Origin: Treponemataceae bacterium
GTDB taxonomy: Bacteria; Spirochaetota; Spirochaetia; Treponematales; Rectinemataceae
Direction of reading: 5' to 3'
Length of the DNA: 64,000 nt
Assembly: GCA_963667725.2 (NCBI GenBank)
Contig: CAXXHO010000005.1
Coordinates: 1 to 64,000, forward strand
Part shown: piece after piece, positions 46,326-57,451 of the stretch
Position numbering within the stretch: the first letter of the stretch is position 1
Layout of the letters: each line of letters opens with the position of its first letter
Program-made: the position numbers and the translations under genes
Notes under the pieces: generated by a model
Database searches by the model: none
The model's input: the letters and a program-made list of their open reading frames with translations, nothing else
Told to the model about the DNA's origin: nothing

Positions 46326-47738
46326 CTACCTGCCAATGCCGGCAGCGGTCAAGAGCCTCCGCAGCGTCCCAGAATACTGTCTAGCTTCCGTTCCCATTGT
46401 TGAGCCCCGGACCACTCCGCGCGCGAACGCGAGCGTCCATATACCGTGAAATGCATAGGCTATCAAACGAGCTACCGATAACCCGAATGATCCCCAATGC
46501 CCTAAGAAACAGGTCATGCCAATGAAGACCACAGCCCAGGCGAGATTCATCACAAACCCTAGCCACATCCTCCCGGACGCTACGATGACATCTCCCACGG
46601 GCATCAAAATCGTGTAAATACCGGCCGTCGCAAGAACTGCAATGAGCGTCGGCCACCCTGCGGAATATCTAGCTCCGTAGGCACGCATAATATATGGACT
46701 AAATGCCGCGATACCCAAGACTAGCGGAAGTGCGATCACCGCATTGAGACGCATCATGAACGAGATCAACTCCGCCGACATCTTGCTGTCACGCCCGCCT
46801 AACCGGTCCGACAGAATTGGCAGCAACCCACTACCCAGCGCGAGAGGCAGGAAGAGCAGGACTCTGTACCACTGACCGGCGGCGTTGTAGACGCCCATTT
46901 CTGCATACCCGTTGGCCTGGTTTACGAGAATTGCCGAGCACACCCAATTTGCTGGTGCAACCATAATGCCCGCCATCACAGCCGGCACGCTGAAATCCCG
47001 GAGAACCGCAAGCTCTTTCGTCGCATCTCGCCACAAGACCGGGATCCCGGCCCGTTGCGCTTCCGAACGAAGTGCGCATTGCTTAAGGCACCATTCAGCA
47101 ACCCCGCCCACCACTGACCCCACAAGAATGCCCTCCAGCCCCGCCAAATAAAAGCCCCCGAGGGACAATGGGATGTTAAGTAGCCCCGACAAACACTGAA
47201 TCCTCGCAATTGCACGAAAGGCCTCAAATCCCGCCAATCCACCGGCCTGCGCGCCATTCACCGCTCCAAAGAATAGCAAGAGACCGCCGATACGCAGTGG
47301 ATTTGCCAAATTTGGCGCTGCCAAATACCGACCCGCTAGCCACGGCGCCAGAACATAAACGAGGATCGCAAACGCCGCTCCACTGACCGCCGCAGTCATG
47401 TTCGATAGAGCCAGAACCCGCCCAGCGCGGGCCGGATCCCTGACCTTCAACTCCGCAACATATTTCGTTGCGGTGAGACTTAGCCCGAAACCTGCGAAGG
47501 CCCCGAATAAATCTACGCTTGAGATAACTACGCCGAATTCACCATATCCAGCCGGGCCCATTAGTCTTGCCAGGAGAAACGACACCGGAATACCTAGGGC
47601 CTTTGCGCCCACAGTCCCCGCGAAACTCCAAGCGGCACTTCGAACCACGCGCCGCCCCATTGGAAAGCCATTAACGCGTTCAACTATACAGCGCCGTATT
47701 GCGCCGCCCCATCCAACCCTGGCGTCTCTTGCCATCAC
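46326..47738 (-). CDS. wzx: Wzx oligosaccharide flippase
   Basis: LARLMGPAGYGEFG; GLSLTATKYVAE; EMGVYNAA; about 12-14 TM segments. Confidence 0.88.
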   Translation of the reverse strand: MMARDARVGWGGAIRRCIVERVNGFPMGRRVVRSAAWSFAGTVGAKALGIPVSFLLARLMGPAGYGEFGVVISSVDLFGAFAGFGLSLTATKYVAELKVRDPARAGRVLALSNMTAAVSGAAFAILVYVLAPWLAGRYLAAPNLANPLRIGGLLLFFGAVNGAQAGGLAGFEAFRAIARIQCLSGLLNIPLSLGGFYLAGLEGILVGSVVGGVAEWCLKQCALRSEAQRAGIPVLWRDATKELAVLRDFSVPAVMAGIMVAPANWVCSAILVNQANGYAEMGVYNAAGQWYRVLLFLPLALGSGLLPILSDRLGGRDSKMSAELISFMMRLNAVIALPLVLGIAAFSPYIMRAYGARYSAGWPTLIAVLATAGIYTILMPVGDVIVASGRMWLGFVMNLAWAVVFIGMTCFLGHWGSFGLSVARLIAYAFHGIWTLAFARGVVRGSTMGTEARQYSGTLRRLLTAAGIGR

Positions 47739-47805
47739 TCTCCAATCCGTCCAACCCCGCTACAGCCACTTCTCTCGTATGCCATTCTCCTAAGAGCCGC
47801 AGAGC

Positions 47806-49110
47806 TCACCTAGTAGCTGAAATCAACCCTCTCGTTGCTGACAAGAACTGCCCAGCGATCGTCCGAGGGGAAAACCTGACAGCACGTTCGCTCGATGCAG
47901 CCTCTCCCGCCAAGTTGCCCTGGCCGAATACATAGAACAGGCGTGTTATCGCCTTCTGAACATCAACGGCATCATCGCCATCTACACGAATGATCCCGTG
48001 CGTCGAAGCCATGTCAGCCACCACGCCCCGTGCCGGACTCAACGCCAGCACTGGTTTTCGTGCAACGATATAATCTATTAGTTTCGACGGTAAGAAAATG
48101 CCCTCAGACAGCCTCCCTTCCACTAGTACACACACCGAGGCACGCGCGATGTACTCGAGGCTTTTCTCGTAGCTCACACGCTCAACCCATCTGACGCTCT
48201 CACCAAGGCCAAGGTCATCGACTTGCCGGCGAGTCTGATCGTCCGCCGGCCCGACCAGCACGAGCTGCAGGCACTCGCGCTGGATATTAGTTTGATCGAT
48301 AAAGCCCTTGATTCCCTTTAGGAGACCTGTCGCGGACCTGCCGGTCATTTCGGCCGTGCCAAGCTTCCCAGCGTGAACTAACGTAAAACGCTCGCGACAA
48401 CTTGCCTGTTCCGAGCAATTGCCAACGTGGGGGACTATCTCGGCATCGTGCTCAATCCCAGATATCTCGGCGTGGTAGGACTGCAGTCTATCACATGGAT
48501 AGGTGACGACATCGGCGGAGAGTAATGTCTTTCGCAGCCAGTGGTCCGAAAAGCTACGATACAGCAGGGACGCGCTCGTTTTAGCCTGGCCGGGAAAGAG
48601 ATGATAGTCCCATGGATCGTTTATATTCGCCACCCACGGCACCTTAAGGCGCCTCGAACACCAATACCCGCAAACATGAGCTATCATCGGTAGTGAGCGT
48701 GAATAGACAACATCATACGGTGTTCTTGAATGCGACCGGGTCGCCCTGCACACCACGTCGTCTATCCACCGAGCGTAGACCGGTGCGCAATAGTTGAGGC
48801 CAGCTAGCAGTGACCGTGCTCGCTCTCGCCTCGTGTTCAGAGGAATATCTCTGGCAACTCTCATGAGGGGGAGCCAGAGTTCGGACTGGTCAAGGCAGCG
48901 AATCGTTGGAGAACGGAAGTTACTGCAGTGAATAACTGTCACGTCAGCGCCCGATTCCATCAGCCCCAGCACCATCTTCCCGGCGCAGAAGGACTCAGAG
49001 TCGGCCACAGGTGGAAACAGGGGACTTATGCAGAGAATGCGCATTGGACGGTTCCGGAGAGCCGCTTTAGCAATGAAAACGTCGGAATGCCGACTCTGAG
49101 TGGAATACAC
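47806..49110 (-). CDS. GT4-like glycosyltransferase
   Basis: MRILCISPLFPP; VPWVANINDPW; FLPSKLIDYIVARKPVL. Confidence 0.85.
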   Translation of the reverse strand: MYSTQSRHSDVFIAKAALRNRPMRILCISPLFPPVADSESFCAGKMVLGLMESGADVTVIHCSNFRSPTIRCLDQSELWLPLMRVARDIPLNTRRERARSLLAGLNYCAPVYARWIDDVVCRATRSHSRTPYDVVYSRSLPMIAHVCGYWCSRRLKVPWVANINDPWDYHLFPGQAKTSASLLYRSFSDHWLRKTLLSADVVTYPCDRLQSYHAEISGIEHDAEIVPHVGNCSEQASCRERFTLVHAGKLGTAEMTGRSATGLLKGIKGFIDQTNIQRECLQLVLVGPADDQTRRQVDDLGLGESVRWVERVSYEKSLEYIARASVCVLVEGRLSEGIFLPSKLIDYIVARKPVLALSPARGVVADMASTHGIIRVDGDDAVDVQKAITRLFYVFGQGNLAGEAASSERAVRFSPRTIAGQFLSATRGLISATR

Positions 49111-49283
49111 CTCAGTCCACTTTAGAGTTGTCCTTAGACGATGTCAGGAGAACATACCCGGGCACCGTTGTAGGCTTGCGTCACGGTTACCCACACCTTC
49201 GGAAGTTCGTGTTAACAACGACTTCACCTAGATTTAACAAGGACCAGGTTCGCCGCGCTCGGAACACTCGGTCACGTGCAGTG

Positions 49284-50477
49284 TTACGGCATTTCGCTTG
49301 GCGCTAGAGTTCCTGTGTCGGTTGAGTGTTTCTCTGCAGCTAAATGGGAAACGACCACTTTGGTGATGCGTTGTGCCGCAGTACCGTCTCCATACGGATT
49401 CGCCAACGTAGACTTGGACCGGTAATACTCCGCGTCGCTTAGTAGTCGCTCCACTTCGCGACAGATGCTCGCGCGCGACGCTCCCACGAGGGTCGCGCAT
49501 CCCGCTGAAACAGCTTCGGGGCGTTCCGTCGTGCTTCGAGTAACAACGACAGGCTTCCCAAGGCTTGGAGCCTCTTCCTGGACGCCTCCAGAATCCGTGA
49601 GGATCAACGTGGCGCGCTCCATCAGGGCAATAAATGGAAGATAGGGAATGGGCTCGACTAGATGGATATTTGTGGTCCTGTGCCCGCTGGCGCCCAGAAC
49701 TTCGCGCACGACGTCTCGGACGTTAGGATTGGGGTGCACCGGATAAACGAAATGAACACCTGGGAAGGCTCTCGCCAGATCGGCCACGGCACTGCAGATG
49801 GAATGAAGGTTTTCACCATGGCTTTCGCGTCTGTGCCCAGTGATTAAAACTACTGGCACATTTCGCCAATCGGCTGCGAAGAGCTGCTCCAATCCCGGGA
49901 CGGTCGGTGGATTGGCGTGTATGCGTTCAAGGGCGAGAAAGAGCGCATCGATACCCGTGTTCCCAGTTACGAAGACCCTTTCCGGAGGAACGCCCTCGTC
50001 GAGTAGGTTCCGCCGGTTGGTCTCGGTAGGGGCAAAATGCAAAGTAGCCATGCGGCTCGTCAGAACACGGTTCGCCTCCTCCGGCCAAGGGGCATGGAAA
50101 TTCCACGTTCTCAGCCCGGCTTCGACGTGGCCGACGGGGATCCCCCGGTAGAAAGCAGCTAGCGCGGACGCCAAAACAGTAGTGGTATCGCCCTGGACCA
50201 AAACCAACCCTGGCCGCGCACTGCCCAAGTAGCGATCAACACTTGTCATCGCTCGCGACGTCAGTTCGGTCAGGGTCTGATCCGCACGCATGAGGTCCAA
50301 ATCGACGTCGGGCTCAATTCCAAACGCTCCCAGCACCTGGTCCAGTAGGTCCCGGTGCTGGGCCGTAACGCAGACGTGGCATTCGAGCGCATCGCAGTTC
50401 CTTAGGGCAAAGATCAAGGGAGCCAGCTTGATTGCCTCCGGTCTTGTCCCGAAGATCACAGAGATTCTATTGTTCAT
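49284..50477 (-). CDS. wecB: Non-hydrolysing UDP-N-acetylglucosamine 2-epimerase
   Basis: IFGTRPEAIK; VQGDTTT; HVEAGLRT; PEEANR; TDSGGVQEEAP; NPYGDG. Confidence 0.95.
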   Translation of the reverse strand: MNNRISVIFGTRPEAIKLAPLIFALRNCDALECHVCVTAQHRDLLDQVLGAFGIEPDVDLDLMRADQTLTELTSRAMTSVDRYLGSARPGLVLVQGDTTTVLASALAAFYRGIPVGHVEAGLRTWNFHAPWPEEANRVLTSRMATLHFAPTETNRRNLLDEGVPPERVFVTGNTGIDALFLALERIHANPPTVPGLEQLFAADWRNVPVVLITGHRRESHGENLHSICSAVADLARAFPGVHFVYPVHPNPNVRDVVREVLGASGHRTTNIHLVEPIPYLPFIALMERATLILTDSGGVQEEAPSLGKPVVVTRSTTERPEAVSAGCATLVGASRASICREVERLLSDAEYYRSKSTLANPYGDGTAAQRITKVVVSHLAAEKHSTDTGTLAPSEMP

Positions 50478-50579
50478 AGAAGGAGGAAGCGGTTCGGCAG
50501 GGCGCCAAGGTGCATCCAGCAACGATCAGCATCGGCCGGTGAGCATTCGGGATTACTCATGGAACGCTGCGACCCACAC

Positions 50580-52469
50580 TCACCTTCCATGTACTTCCAG
50601 AAACTCCCGATGCCACAACTCGAGTATCGCGAGAGAGAATAATTCCCGGGAAAAGTCACCGCGTCGCTGATGGTCCAAAATCAGATGTTCGATGCAGGCC
50701 TTTTCGAAATAGCCTCTCGCCAAGGTCTTGCGATCAAACAGAATTTCCTGCAACCAGTCCCTCAGTTCGTTTCGCAGCCACGAGGCGTATGGAACCGGGA
50801 AGCCAACTTTTCGACGACGAACTATCTTCTTGGGAACCTGGCGGCCGAGAGCCCTCTTAGCGATATACTTTGTTGTAAAGCCTCGGATCTTGAAGTCGTC
50901 AGGTAGTGAAGCTGCAAATTCCAAGACCTTATGATCTAGCAGGGGAACTCGAAGCTCGATCGAATTGGCCATGGTCATTTTGTCAGCCTTGAGCAGTAGA
51001 TCGTCAGGCAGCCAAGTTTTGCTATCGACGTATAGCATCTGGTCGAGGGTGCTCTGGCCCTTGACGCGAGAGCGCAGTCGATGCAGGGGCTCAACAGCAT
51101 ACTCATGATCAATGGCTCCTGCATATTCGGGCCGATACAATGTTTGATACCACTGTCCCGAGTTGCCGTACAAAGTGCGGCCGTTGTAGTAGTCGGGAAA
51201 CTGCGCATTCATTAAGGGGCCATACCGGGCCAGCGGTTGAAAACGGAACAGCGCGTTCACAATCGAAACTGCTCGAGTGGCAGCTCTATTGAAGGGAGAG
51301 AGGCAGCGTTTCAGGCGTTCCAGCCAAAGGAGATTGCGGTAGTTGGGATATCCAGCAAACGCCTCGTCCCCCCCCTCGCCTGAAAGGACTACCTTGACGT
51401 GGCTGCTGGCCAGTTTCGAGATGTAGTAAAGTGCAACCGCCGGTGGTTCGAAGACTGGCTCTTCCATATGCCAGACGAAACTCGGCATGAACGCGGCAAA
51501 ATCCGCTGCCGAGATGGTCATGTCATAGTGCCGGGAGCCGTACGTTTCCGAGGCCAACCGGGCATAAGGTCTCTCATCCGCTAGCTGCGGCGCTGCAAAA
51601 CCCACTGTGAAGGTGCTGATTTCCTGTTGAGTTCGTCCTGCAGCCAAGCTGAGTACAGCCGTCGAATCCAGGCCGCCGCTCAATAGAATGCCGATCGGAA
51701 CGTCCGCGATCATGTGCAACTCTACCGCTTCGCCAAGAACGTTCAATAACTGCTTCTCAGTCTCCGCTTGGCTAGGAACCTGGCTATCCCTTGAGAACTT
51801 CAGGTCCCAGTACTGATGGACCTTAATCTGGCCATCCCTTTGCAAGAGATATGTCCCAGGGCTTAGCTTTTGCACGCCCTTGAGCAGAGTCTCTTCGCCG
51901 GGCAAGTAGCCAAACTTCAAGAACCGGTCGACCATCTCGGGAGCGATATCCCGCTCTACGGCCGGGTCCGCCAGGATCGCCTTGATTTCGGAAGCAAACA
52001 CCAGCGACTCGCTCGACAGGAGGTAGTACAGGGGCTTGATCCCGAGGCGATCCCTGGCCAATATGAGTGCCCGCTTCTTCTCATCCCAGATCGCAAAGGC
52101 AAACATTCCCCGAAGCTTTTCCAAGCACGCCGTGCCCAGCTCTTCATATAGATGTACGATAACCTCCGTGTCGGTCTTGGTGCTGAAGACGTGACCCCTG
52201 CCCAGAAGAAAGGTGTGCAACTCCCGGAAGTTATAGATTTCTCCGTTGAAGACTACCCAAACGGTCCCGTCCTCATTCGAAAGCGGCTGATGCCCTGTGT
52301 TTAGGTCAATAATCGAGAGCCGTCGATGGCCCAGTCCTATCTGCGGCGCTATATAGGTCCCCTCATCGTCGGGCCCACGGTGCCGAATCGTATCGAGCAT
52401 CGCCCTCAGTAGCGCCGGCGATACTTGGCCCTCACTGTCGTACACTACCTTGCCGCAAATCCCGCACAC
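50580..52469 (-). CDS. asnB: Asparagine synthase (glutamine-hydrolysing)-family amidotransferase
   Basis: MCGICG; HRGPD; HRRLSIIDL; FNGEIYN; LSGGLDS; SGEGGDE; ELRVPLLD. Confidence 0.93.
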   Translation of the reverse strand: MCGICGKVVYDSEGQVSPALLRAMLDTIRHRGPDDEGTYIAPQIGLGHRRLSIIDLNTGHQPLSNEDGTVWVVFNGEIYNFRELHTFLLGRGHVFSTKTDTEVIVHLYEELGTACLEKLRGMFAFAIWDEKKRALILARDRLGIKPLYYLLSSESLVFASEIKAILADPAVERDIAPEMVDRFLKFGYLPGEETLLKGVQKLSPGTYLLQRDGQIKVHQYWDLKFSRDSQVPSQAETEKQLLNVLGEAVELHMIADVPIGILLSGGLDSTAVLSLAAGRTQQEISTFTVGFAAPQLADERPYARLASETYGSRHYDMTISAADFAAFMPSFVWHMEEPVFEPPAVALYYISKLASSHVKVVLSGEGGDEAFAGYPNYRNLLWLERLKRCLSPFNRAATRAVSIVNALFRFQPLARYGPLMNAQFPDYYNGRTLYGNSGQWYQTLYRPEYAGAIDHEYAVEPLHRLRSRVKGQSTLDQMLYVDSKTWLPDDLLLKADKMTMANSIELRVPLLDHKVLEFAASLPDDFKIRGFTTKYIAKRALGRQVPKKIVRRRKVGFPVPYASWLRNELRDWLQEILFDRKTLARGYFEKACIEHLILDHQRRGDFSRELFSLAILELWHREFLEVHGR

Positions 52470-52493
52470 CTTCGCCTCCCCTGGTCCGCAGCT

Positions 52494-53456
52494 TCAGGCA
52501 ACATCAAAGGCCGCCTTCTCCAGCCCAAGTGCCCATCTCAATATGGCCTTCCATTTTGCTGCCGCCATAGATAGGTCCTCGCTGTTCCACCGCGCGCTCA
52601 CGATACAAGATGCCAAGCCAATCAGCAAAAGACGCCCCATGGCACTACACGCCATAGCCGCCCGATACACCGCACCATACCCACGCCCCCGCGTCTTTAC
52701 ACAAAAGTGCTGCACCGCCCTGACCTTCATGATCGTTGCCCATTGGTCGATCTTTTGCTGCCGACTGCTTTTCCCGCCATGGTGAATCATCCTCGCCTGG
52801 CTAATGTAGTAGTTAACATAACCAGCACGGACAACCTTGTAGCACAGGTCGAGGTCCTCCGCATACATGAAGTACTCCTCGCTGAACATGCCAACTTCCG
52901 CGAATACTTCGCGGCGGAGCATCATGCAAGCCCCGGAAACGGCCTCGACTTCGCTTGCCGAAGGACAATCGGATAACAGTGGGCTGATTCCCCACAGTCG
53001 GCTGTTTGGCCAGCGCGATCGTAAGTACGCGACATCCATTAGTTGATTGAGGACCGTCGGAAAACTCTGGATACAACTCGTCTGCACGGACAAGTCACTG
53101 TTTAGCAGCTTACATCCTATAACCCCCGCGTCCGGTAGGGACTTAAGCCGTTCCAGAACGATGTTGATCGTCTGCCCCAACAGCCTCGTGTCGGGGTTCA
53201 GGAAAAGAACGTGATCGCCCGAGGACTGCCTGAACCCGAGATTGTTAGCCCTGGCGAAGCCGAGATTTCGTGAACTCTTGATCACCTTGAGCTCGGAGAA
53301 TTGTTCAACCAGACGGTCACAGTCCTGAACTCGTGACGCGTTGTCAACTACAATGACCTCGAACGAGACTCCGCTTGTGAATTCATAAATACTGGCCACG
53401 CACTCTCGCAGGTAGTCGGTCGAGTTCCAGTTTACGAGAATAATCGACAAATCCAT
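52494..53456 (-). CDS. GT2 glycosyltransferase
   Basis: LSIILVNWN; VVDNAS; NLGFARANN; LNPD; FMYAEDLDLC. Confidence 0.92.
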   Translation of the reverse strand: MDLSIILVNWNSTDYLRECVASIYEFTSGVSFEVIVVDNASRVQDCDRLVEQFSELKVIKSSRNLGFARANNLGFRQSSGDHVLFLNPDTRLLGQTINIVLERLKSLPDAGVIGCKLLNSDLSVQTSCIQSFPTVLNQLMDVAYLRSRWPNSRLWGISPLLSDCPSASEVEAVSGACMMLRREVFAEVGMFSEEYFMYAEDLDLCYKVVRAGYVNYYISQARMIHHGGKSSRQQKIDQWATIMKVRAVQHFCVKTRGRGYGAVYRAAMACSAMGRLLLIGLASCIVSARWNSEDLSMAAAKWKAILRWALGLEKAAFDVA

Positions 53457-53503
53457 ATAACCCTCAATGGCCCACTTGCGGCGCGATTACCTGAACAGCG
53501 GGA

Positions 53504-54376
53504 TCACTGCCAGATACTGTGGCCACCTCGCAGCTTCGCGAGCTGCTCGCGACGCAGGTACCAGATCAACTTCGGGTCATCGACCTGGGGAATATGTTTC
53601 AGGTAGCCACTCACAAATCCATGTGCTAGTGCAAGTGGCCCTACAAGGTAGGGCCTCTTCCAAAGCCGCGATATGCACTTCGCCAACATGAACAGCGGAT
53701 GATATCCCGATATATAATTGGCTCTTCCGTTCTTGACCAGATCCCGCCAATGGCCGTCAGCTGAACCAGTAGGCCTAAGGTGATGGATGTGTACATCCGA
53801 AAAGCTTCTGGTGGCCCACCCCAGCATATTCGCCTTCACCTCATCCAGAGTGTCCCAGCCCGGCGCCGGCCAGAAGCCGCCAATGCCTTTCCAGCAGGCC
53901 CGCCGATAAATCTTGGTGGCCCCTCGAACGTGAAATCGTGGCCCCCCCAACTCTAGCTGCCGGCTACCGTCAGCCATCACGTTGTAGACAACACCTCCAC
54001 CGACCCCCAGGCGCGGCTCACGCTCAAAGTACGCGAGGCACTTTTCGAAGTAATCCGGCTCGAATGCCAAGTCACCGTCCAGCTTGACCATGAACTCCCA
54101 ATCATCGCACTGCAGCGCAGCATATCCATTGTTGAAGGCCTCCACCACGCCGCCACCGGATTCCCGAAATCCTCGATTTCGCCTATAAACGCCGCGTATC
54201 CACGGAACCCGGCGAGCACTCTCCTCTATGATGCTCCGCGTGGCATCCGTTGAACCGTCGTCTACAATGACCCACTCCGCCGGCGGGACCCGCTGGTGCA
54301 CCACGCTCTCGGCCGTAGACCGTAGGTGCGCCTCTTCATTGCGAACAGGCGTGATAATCACGTACCGATTGTTCAT
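53504..54376 (-). CDS. GT2 glycosyltransferase
   Basis: ITPVRNEE; VDDGSTD; KLDGD; GWDTLDE. Confidence 0.92.
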   Translation of the reverse strand: MNNRYVIITPVRNEEAHLRSTAESVVHQRVPPAEWVIVDDGSTDATRSIIEESARRVPWIRGVYRRNRGFRESGGGVVEAFNNGYAALQCDDWEFMVKLDGDLAFEPDYFEKCLAYFEREPRLGVGGGVVYNVMADGSRQLELGGPRFHVRGATKIYRRACWKGIGGFWPAPGWDTLDEVKANMLGWATRSFSDVHIHHLRPTGSADGHWRDLVKNGRANYISGYHPLFMLAKCISRLWKRPYLVGPLALAHGFVSGYLKHIPQVDDPKLIWYLRREQLAKLRGGHSIWQ

Positions 54377-54403
54377 TTGGAGTTGAGGGCGATGATAATA
54401 TGA

Positions 54404-55759
54404 TCACTGAGCATGAGCTTCGAGAACTTCTACCGACTTCCTACCTTCGAGACGCGGAGGTGGTGCCTGAAGTGACGGCGCCGCTGCGGAAACCATAGCA
54501 AGAAAAGAAAACCACCACATCTGCGTCTGGTCGAAGTAGCTCACACCGAAGTAAGCCAGCACATGCGCGAACATCACGGCCCCGAGGCTCCAATATAGCC
54601 ATTGCTGCTGCCTATTACGCTTCGCCAGATCCCTCACCTTGCCGAGCCTGCTAAAGCCTAGAGCTATTACAGCTATAAAGGCGCCGAAGGCCACCAAGCC
54701 ACCCGCTTCCGCTCCTTGCACAAAACCGTTGCACGTGTCCCACATATCAAAGCCCCAGTTGCCGTTCTCACGAGTTCCGATCAACCACCAATCCTTAAAA
54801 TGACGAACGAAGTTGTCAATCAGCATCGCCCGGTGATAAGCATCCGAAGATCCCGTCACATTTACGCGGGCTATGATGAACCACACGGGCGCCTTCATGA
54901 TGAGATCCAATGCCGCCAGCGTCAGAACAATCCCCCAGCGCACCGCTCGCATGTACCTGCGTATAGGCCACAGGAACAGCGCGACAATCCCTCCAGCGAA
55001 GGCCGCAGCTGGAGTGCTCGAAGCGGACAGGTACACCATGACGAGCGAACCCATCATTCCCAGCGCACCTAGTGCCTTTGCCTTACCATGCTTCCATAGC
55101 CAATAGAATAAAGGTGTGAGCGTCGCTCCAAAGCAACCTGCCAGAATGGGATGCGAAAAGGACGCCTGGGCCCGGATCCGGTCAGCACGTACCGCTGGAG
55201 TAACTGGCACGCCGCCGAGATAACCAAACATATCTATCCAGTAGATACGTTCAACGATCATGCACAGGCCAAATATCAGAGCAAGCACCGCGAAGGTTTT
55301 GGCTGCCGTGACGATATCGTCGACGTCTCGAATCAGGTAGCGCAGGAAGAAATACCCGCCGAACGCCTGTATCCAGAACGCGAATTGAAGTGGCATCGCT
55401 TCTGTTTCGCCAAACAATAGTAAGGGAGCTAAGCCCGCATAGAACGCCCATAAGGTGAACGCCCAATCGATTGCACCCAAGCCATTGGGTACAAGCCTAC
55501 CCCCAGTCGTCAGTTTTTGATGGAACACCCTCACACAGCCCACTAGGATCATAATCCGTAGTACCAGCCAGTGAGTGCCCGCAATATAGATCTGCTGGCC
55601 GAGCGGTGTCAAGAAGGTAATCAGGAGGAATGGGACAACTATCTTCCGTCTCGGGAGCGTCAGAACCAGTATGACGCTTAGGACCATCCCTACAAGGACC
55701 ACTGGATGGAGTACCGTCGCTGACGCTCCACCACCATAGTCGAAGTTTTCTGGCCTCAT
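54404..55759 (-). CDS. Wzy-like polymerase / O-antigen ligase-family membrane protein
   Basis: About 11-12 TM; RAQASFSHPILAG; SASSTP; YHRAMLID..WWLIG loop; lies among GT genes. Confidence 0.78.
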   Translation of the reverse strand: MRPENFDYGGGASATVLHPVVLVGMVLSVILVLTLPRRKIVVPFLLITFLTPLGQQIYIAGTHWLVLRIMILVGCVRVFHQKLTTGGRLVPNGLGAIDWAFTLWAFYAGLAPLLLFGETEAMPLQFAFWIQAFGGYFFLRYLIRDVDDIVTAAKTFAVLALIFGLCMIVERIYWIDMFGYLGGVPVTPAVRADRIRAQASFSHPILAGCFGATLTPLFYWLWKHGKAKALGALGMMGSLVMVYLSASSTPAAAFAGGIVALFLWPIRRYMRAVRWGIVLTLAALDLIMKAPVWFIIARVNVTGSSDAYHRAMLIDNFVRHFKDWWLIGTRENGNWGFDMWDTCNGFVQGAEAGGLVAFGAFIAVIALGFSRLGKVRDLAKRNRQQQWLYWSLGAVMFAHVLAYFGVSYFDQTQMWWFSFLAMVSAAAPSLQAPPPRLEGRKSVEVLEAHAQ

Positions 55760-55762
55760 CCT

Positions 55763-56476
55763 TTAGCAGACCGCTCCTTGACCGTTCCGGGACGGTACAA
55801 ATGTCAGAACCACCCCGGCGCTGTCTTCTCGAGTTAAGCTCTCCAAAACTTGATATTCATTCTTAATGTGCAATATAATCTCTCGGTACTTCTCACGATC
55901 GCAGAGCCGCACCATCAGCAGGCCGTCCGGTTTAAGATATTCAGAATACCGCCGGAGAATCCGCTTCACCTGGTACCCCGGAAAGTATTGGAGACAGTCA
56001 CTGAAGAGAATGATTGAGAACAGCTTCGGTGGAACATAAGAGAGAATATCTCCTGCCTGAAAATGGCTCTTTTGCCCTCTTACGGGATCTTGAGCAAGAC
56101 GACGTTCGGCGTTTTCGGCGGCAACCTTCGAAATGTCAACTCCAAGATATTCTCGGAAGTGGCCAGCAATCGCGCCGCAAGTGTAGCCATCGCCGCAACC
56201 CAGATCCAGAATATCGAGGCCTGCGCTGTGCCTGTCTAGGGCTTCATAGGCGATGTCCCGCTCTCGCATAGGCCGTGAGGGGTCCTGTCTCCAGTCCCAA
56301 TGCCCGCTCGCATGTTCGCGGTCCCAGATCCGCTGTTTCAGTGATGCTGTGCCTATCCGTTTTACAACAGCATCTGTCCATTTGCTAAGCTTTCCATTCA
56401 TCACAGCTGTTTTGACCTCCCTAACCGGTCCTCGCCGGAAAGACTTTGGCAGATCAGATCGCCGATCAGGCTCCAT
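55763..56476 (-). CDS. Class I SAM-dependent methyltransferase
   Basis: ILDLGCGDG; GVDIS; LKPDG. Confidence 0.88.
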   Translation of the reverse strand: MEPDRRSDLPKSFRRGPVREVKTAVMNGKLSKWTDAVVKRIGTASLKQRIWDREHASGHWDWRQDPSRPMRERDIAYEALDRHSAGLDILDLGCGDGYTCGAIAGHFREYLGVDISKVAAENAERRLAQDPVRGQKSHFQAGDILSYVPPKLFSIILFSDCLQYFPGYQVKRILRRYSEYLKPDGLLMVRLCDREKYREIILHIKNEYQVLESLTREDSAGVVLTFVPSRNGQGAVC

Positions 56477-57440
56477 CCTCAGAGAAGACGCTCGCCGTTG
56501 CTGATTGTTGCGGCAAGGGACCGGTCTTCATTTTGGGATACCAGGGCGATCGGCGGTATACCGCTCCAGCTGCGCGCCTTAACACTTCGAAGTGGCTATT
56601 ATTTGATACCTCCGAACCAGGAAATGCTGTCTGCATGACGCCGTAATCTGCATCGAGGGCAGCCTGGATTCTGTTGGCTTGCCGCTGCACCTGCCGCGCC
56701 AGCTTTCCTCCCTCAGGCGAAGTCAGCCTCTCAAAGCGCCTCCAGACGCACAGCTCACACTCCTTCAAGGGGCGTTCATTCTCTAGTACCGCACGTGAAA
56801 TGCTGTCTTTGCTCTGCCGCCACACCACGAGGGGGTCAGCGATGAAAGCCCACGGGCCAAGTAACGAAAGGCGGAGCGCTAGATCATGGTCCTCGTCGTA
56901 ACGCAGTGTCGGATCGAATTCCCCAGCCTTCTCATAGGCGCCGCGGCGAATCACCGTTGTCTGGCAAGTCTGCACAAACCGGGTTACAAGGACTTCTGTC
57001 ACATTCCACCACAAGCCGTCTGAGTGTCTCGGGAACAAAGTGGCGTTGTCGAAGGACGTATTGTGCTTCCCTATTACCCGTTCTAGCAACGCATTGCTTA
57101 TGCAACACGGAACGGCATCTCCAGCTCTCTGCAGAACCGCGGCGCACCGGTCCAAAAAGGCAGGTAGCCACACATCGTCCGAATCAAGAAACGCAAGCAG
57201 GGTTCCTCGCGACATTCGGGCCCCAGCATAGCGGGCCGCAGCTGGCCCGCCATTTCTCTGATGAAGGACGCGGATTCTCTCACCATAGCGCCGGAGCACG
57301 TTTCGCGTATCATCGGTTGATCCGTCATCAACAACGATAAGCTCGACGTTCGAGTATGTCTGCGTTAATACGCTTTCAATCGCTCGGCCGACTGAGCGTC
57401 CTCGATTGTAAGTCGGAATAACTACGCTTATGAGAGACAT
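56466..57440 (-). CDS. GT2 glycosyltransferase
   Basis: SVVIPTYNR; VDDGSTD; FLDSDD; EDHDLALR. Confidence 0.92.
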   Translation of the reverse strand: MSLISVVIPTYNRGRSVGRAIESVLTQTYSNVELIVVDDGSTDDTRNVLRRYGERIRVLHQRNGGPAAARYAGARMSRGTLLAFLDSDDVWLPAFLDRCAAVLQRAGDAVPCCISNALLERVIGKHNTSFDNATLFPRHSDGLWWNVTEVLVTRFVQTCQTTVIRRGAYEKAGEFDPTLRYDEDHDLALRLSLLGPWAFIADPLVVWRQSKDSISRAVLENERPLKECELCVWRRFERLTSPEGGKLARQVQRQANRIQAALDADYGVMQTAFPGSEVSNNSHFEVLRRAAGAVYRRSPWYPKMKTGPLPQQSATASVFSEDGA

Positions 57441-57451
57441 GTGCCGATATC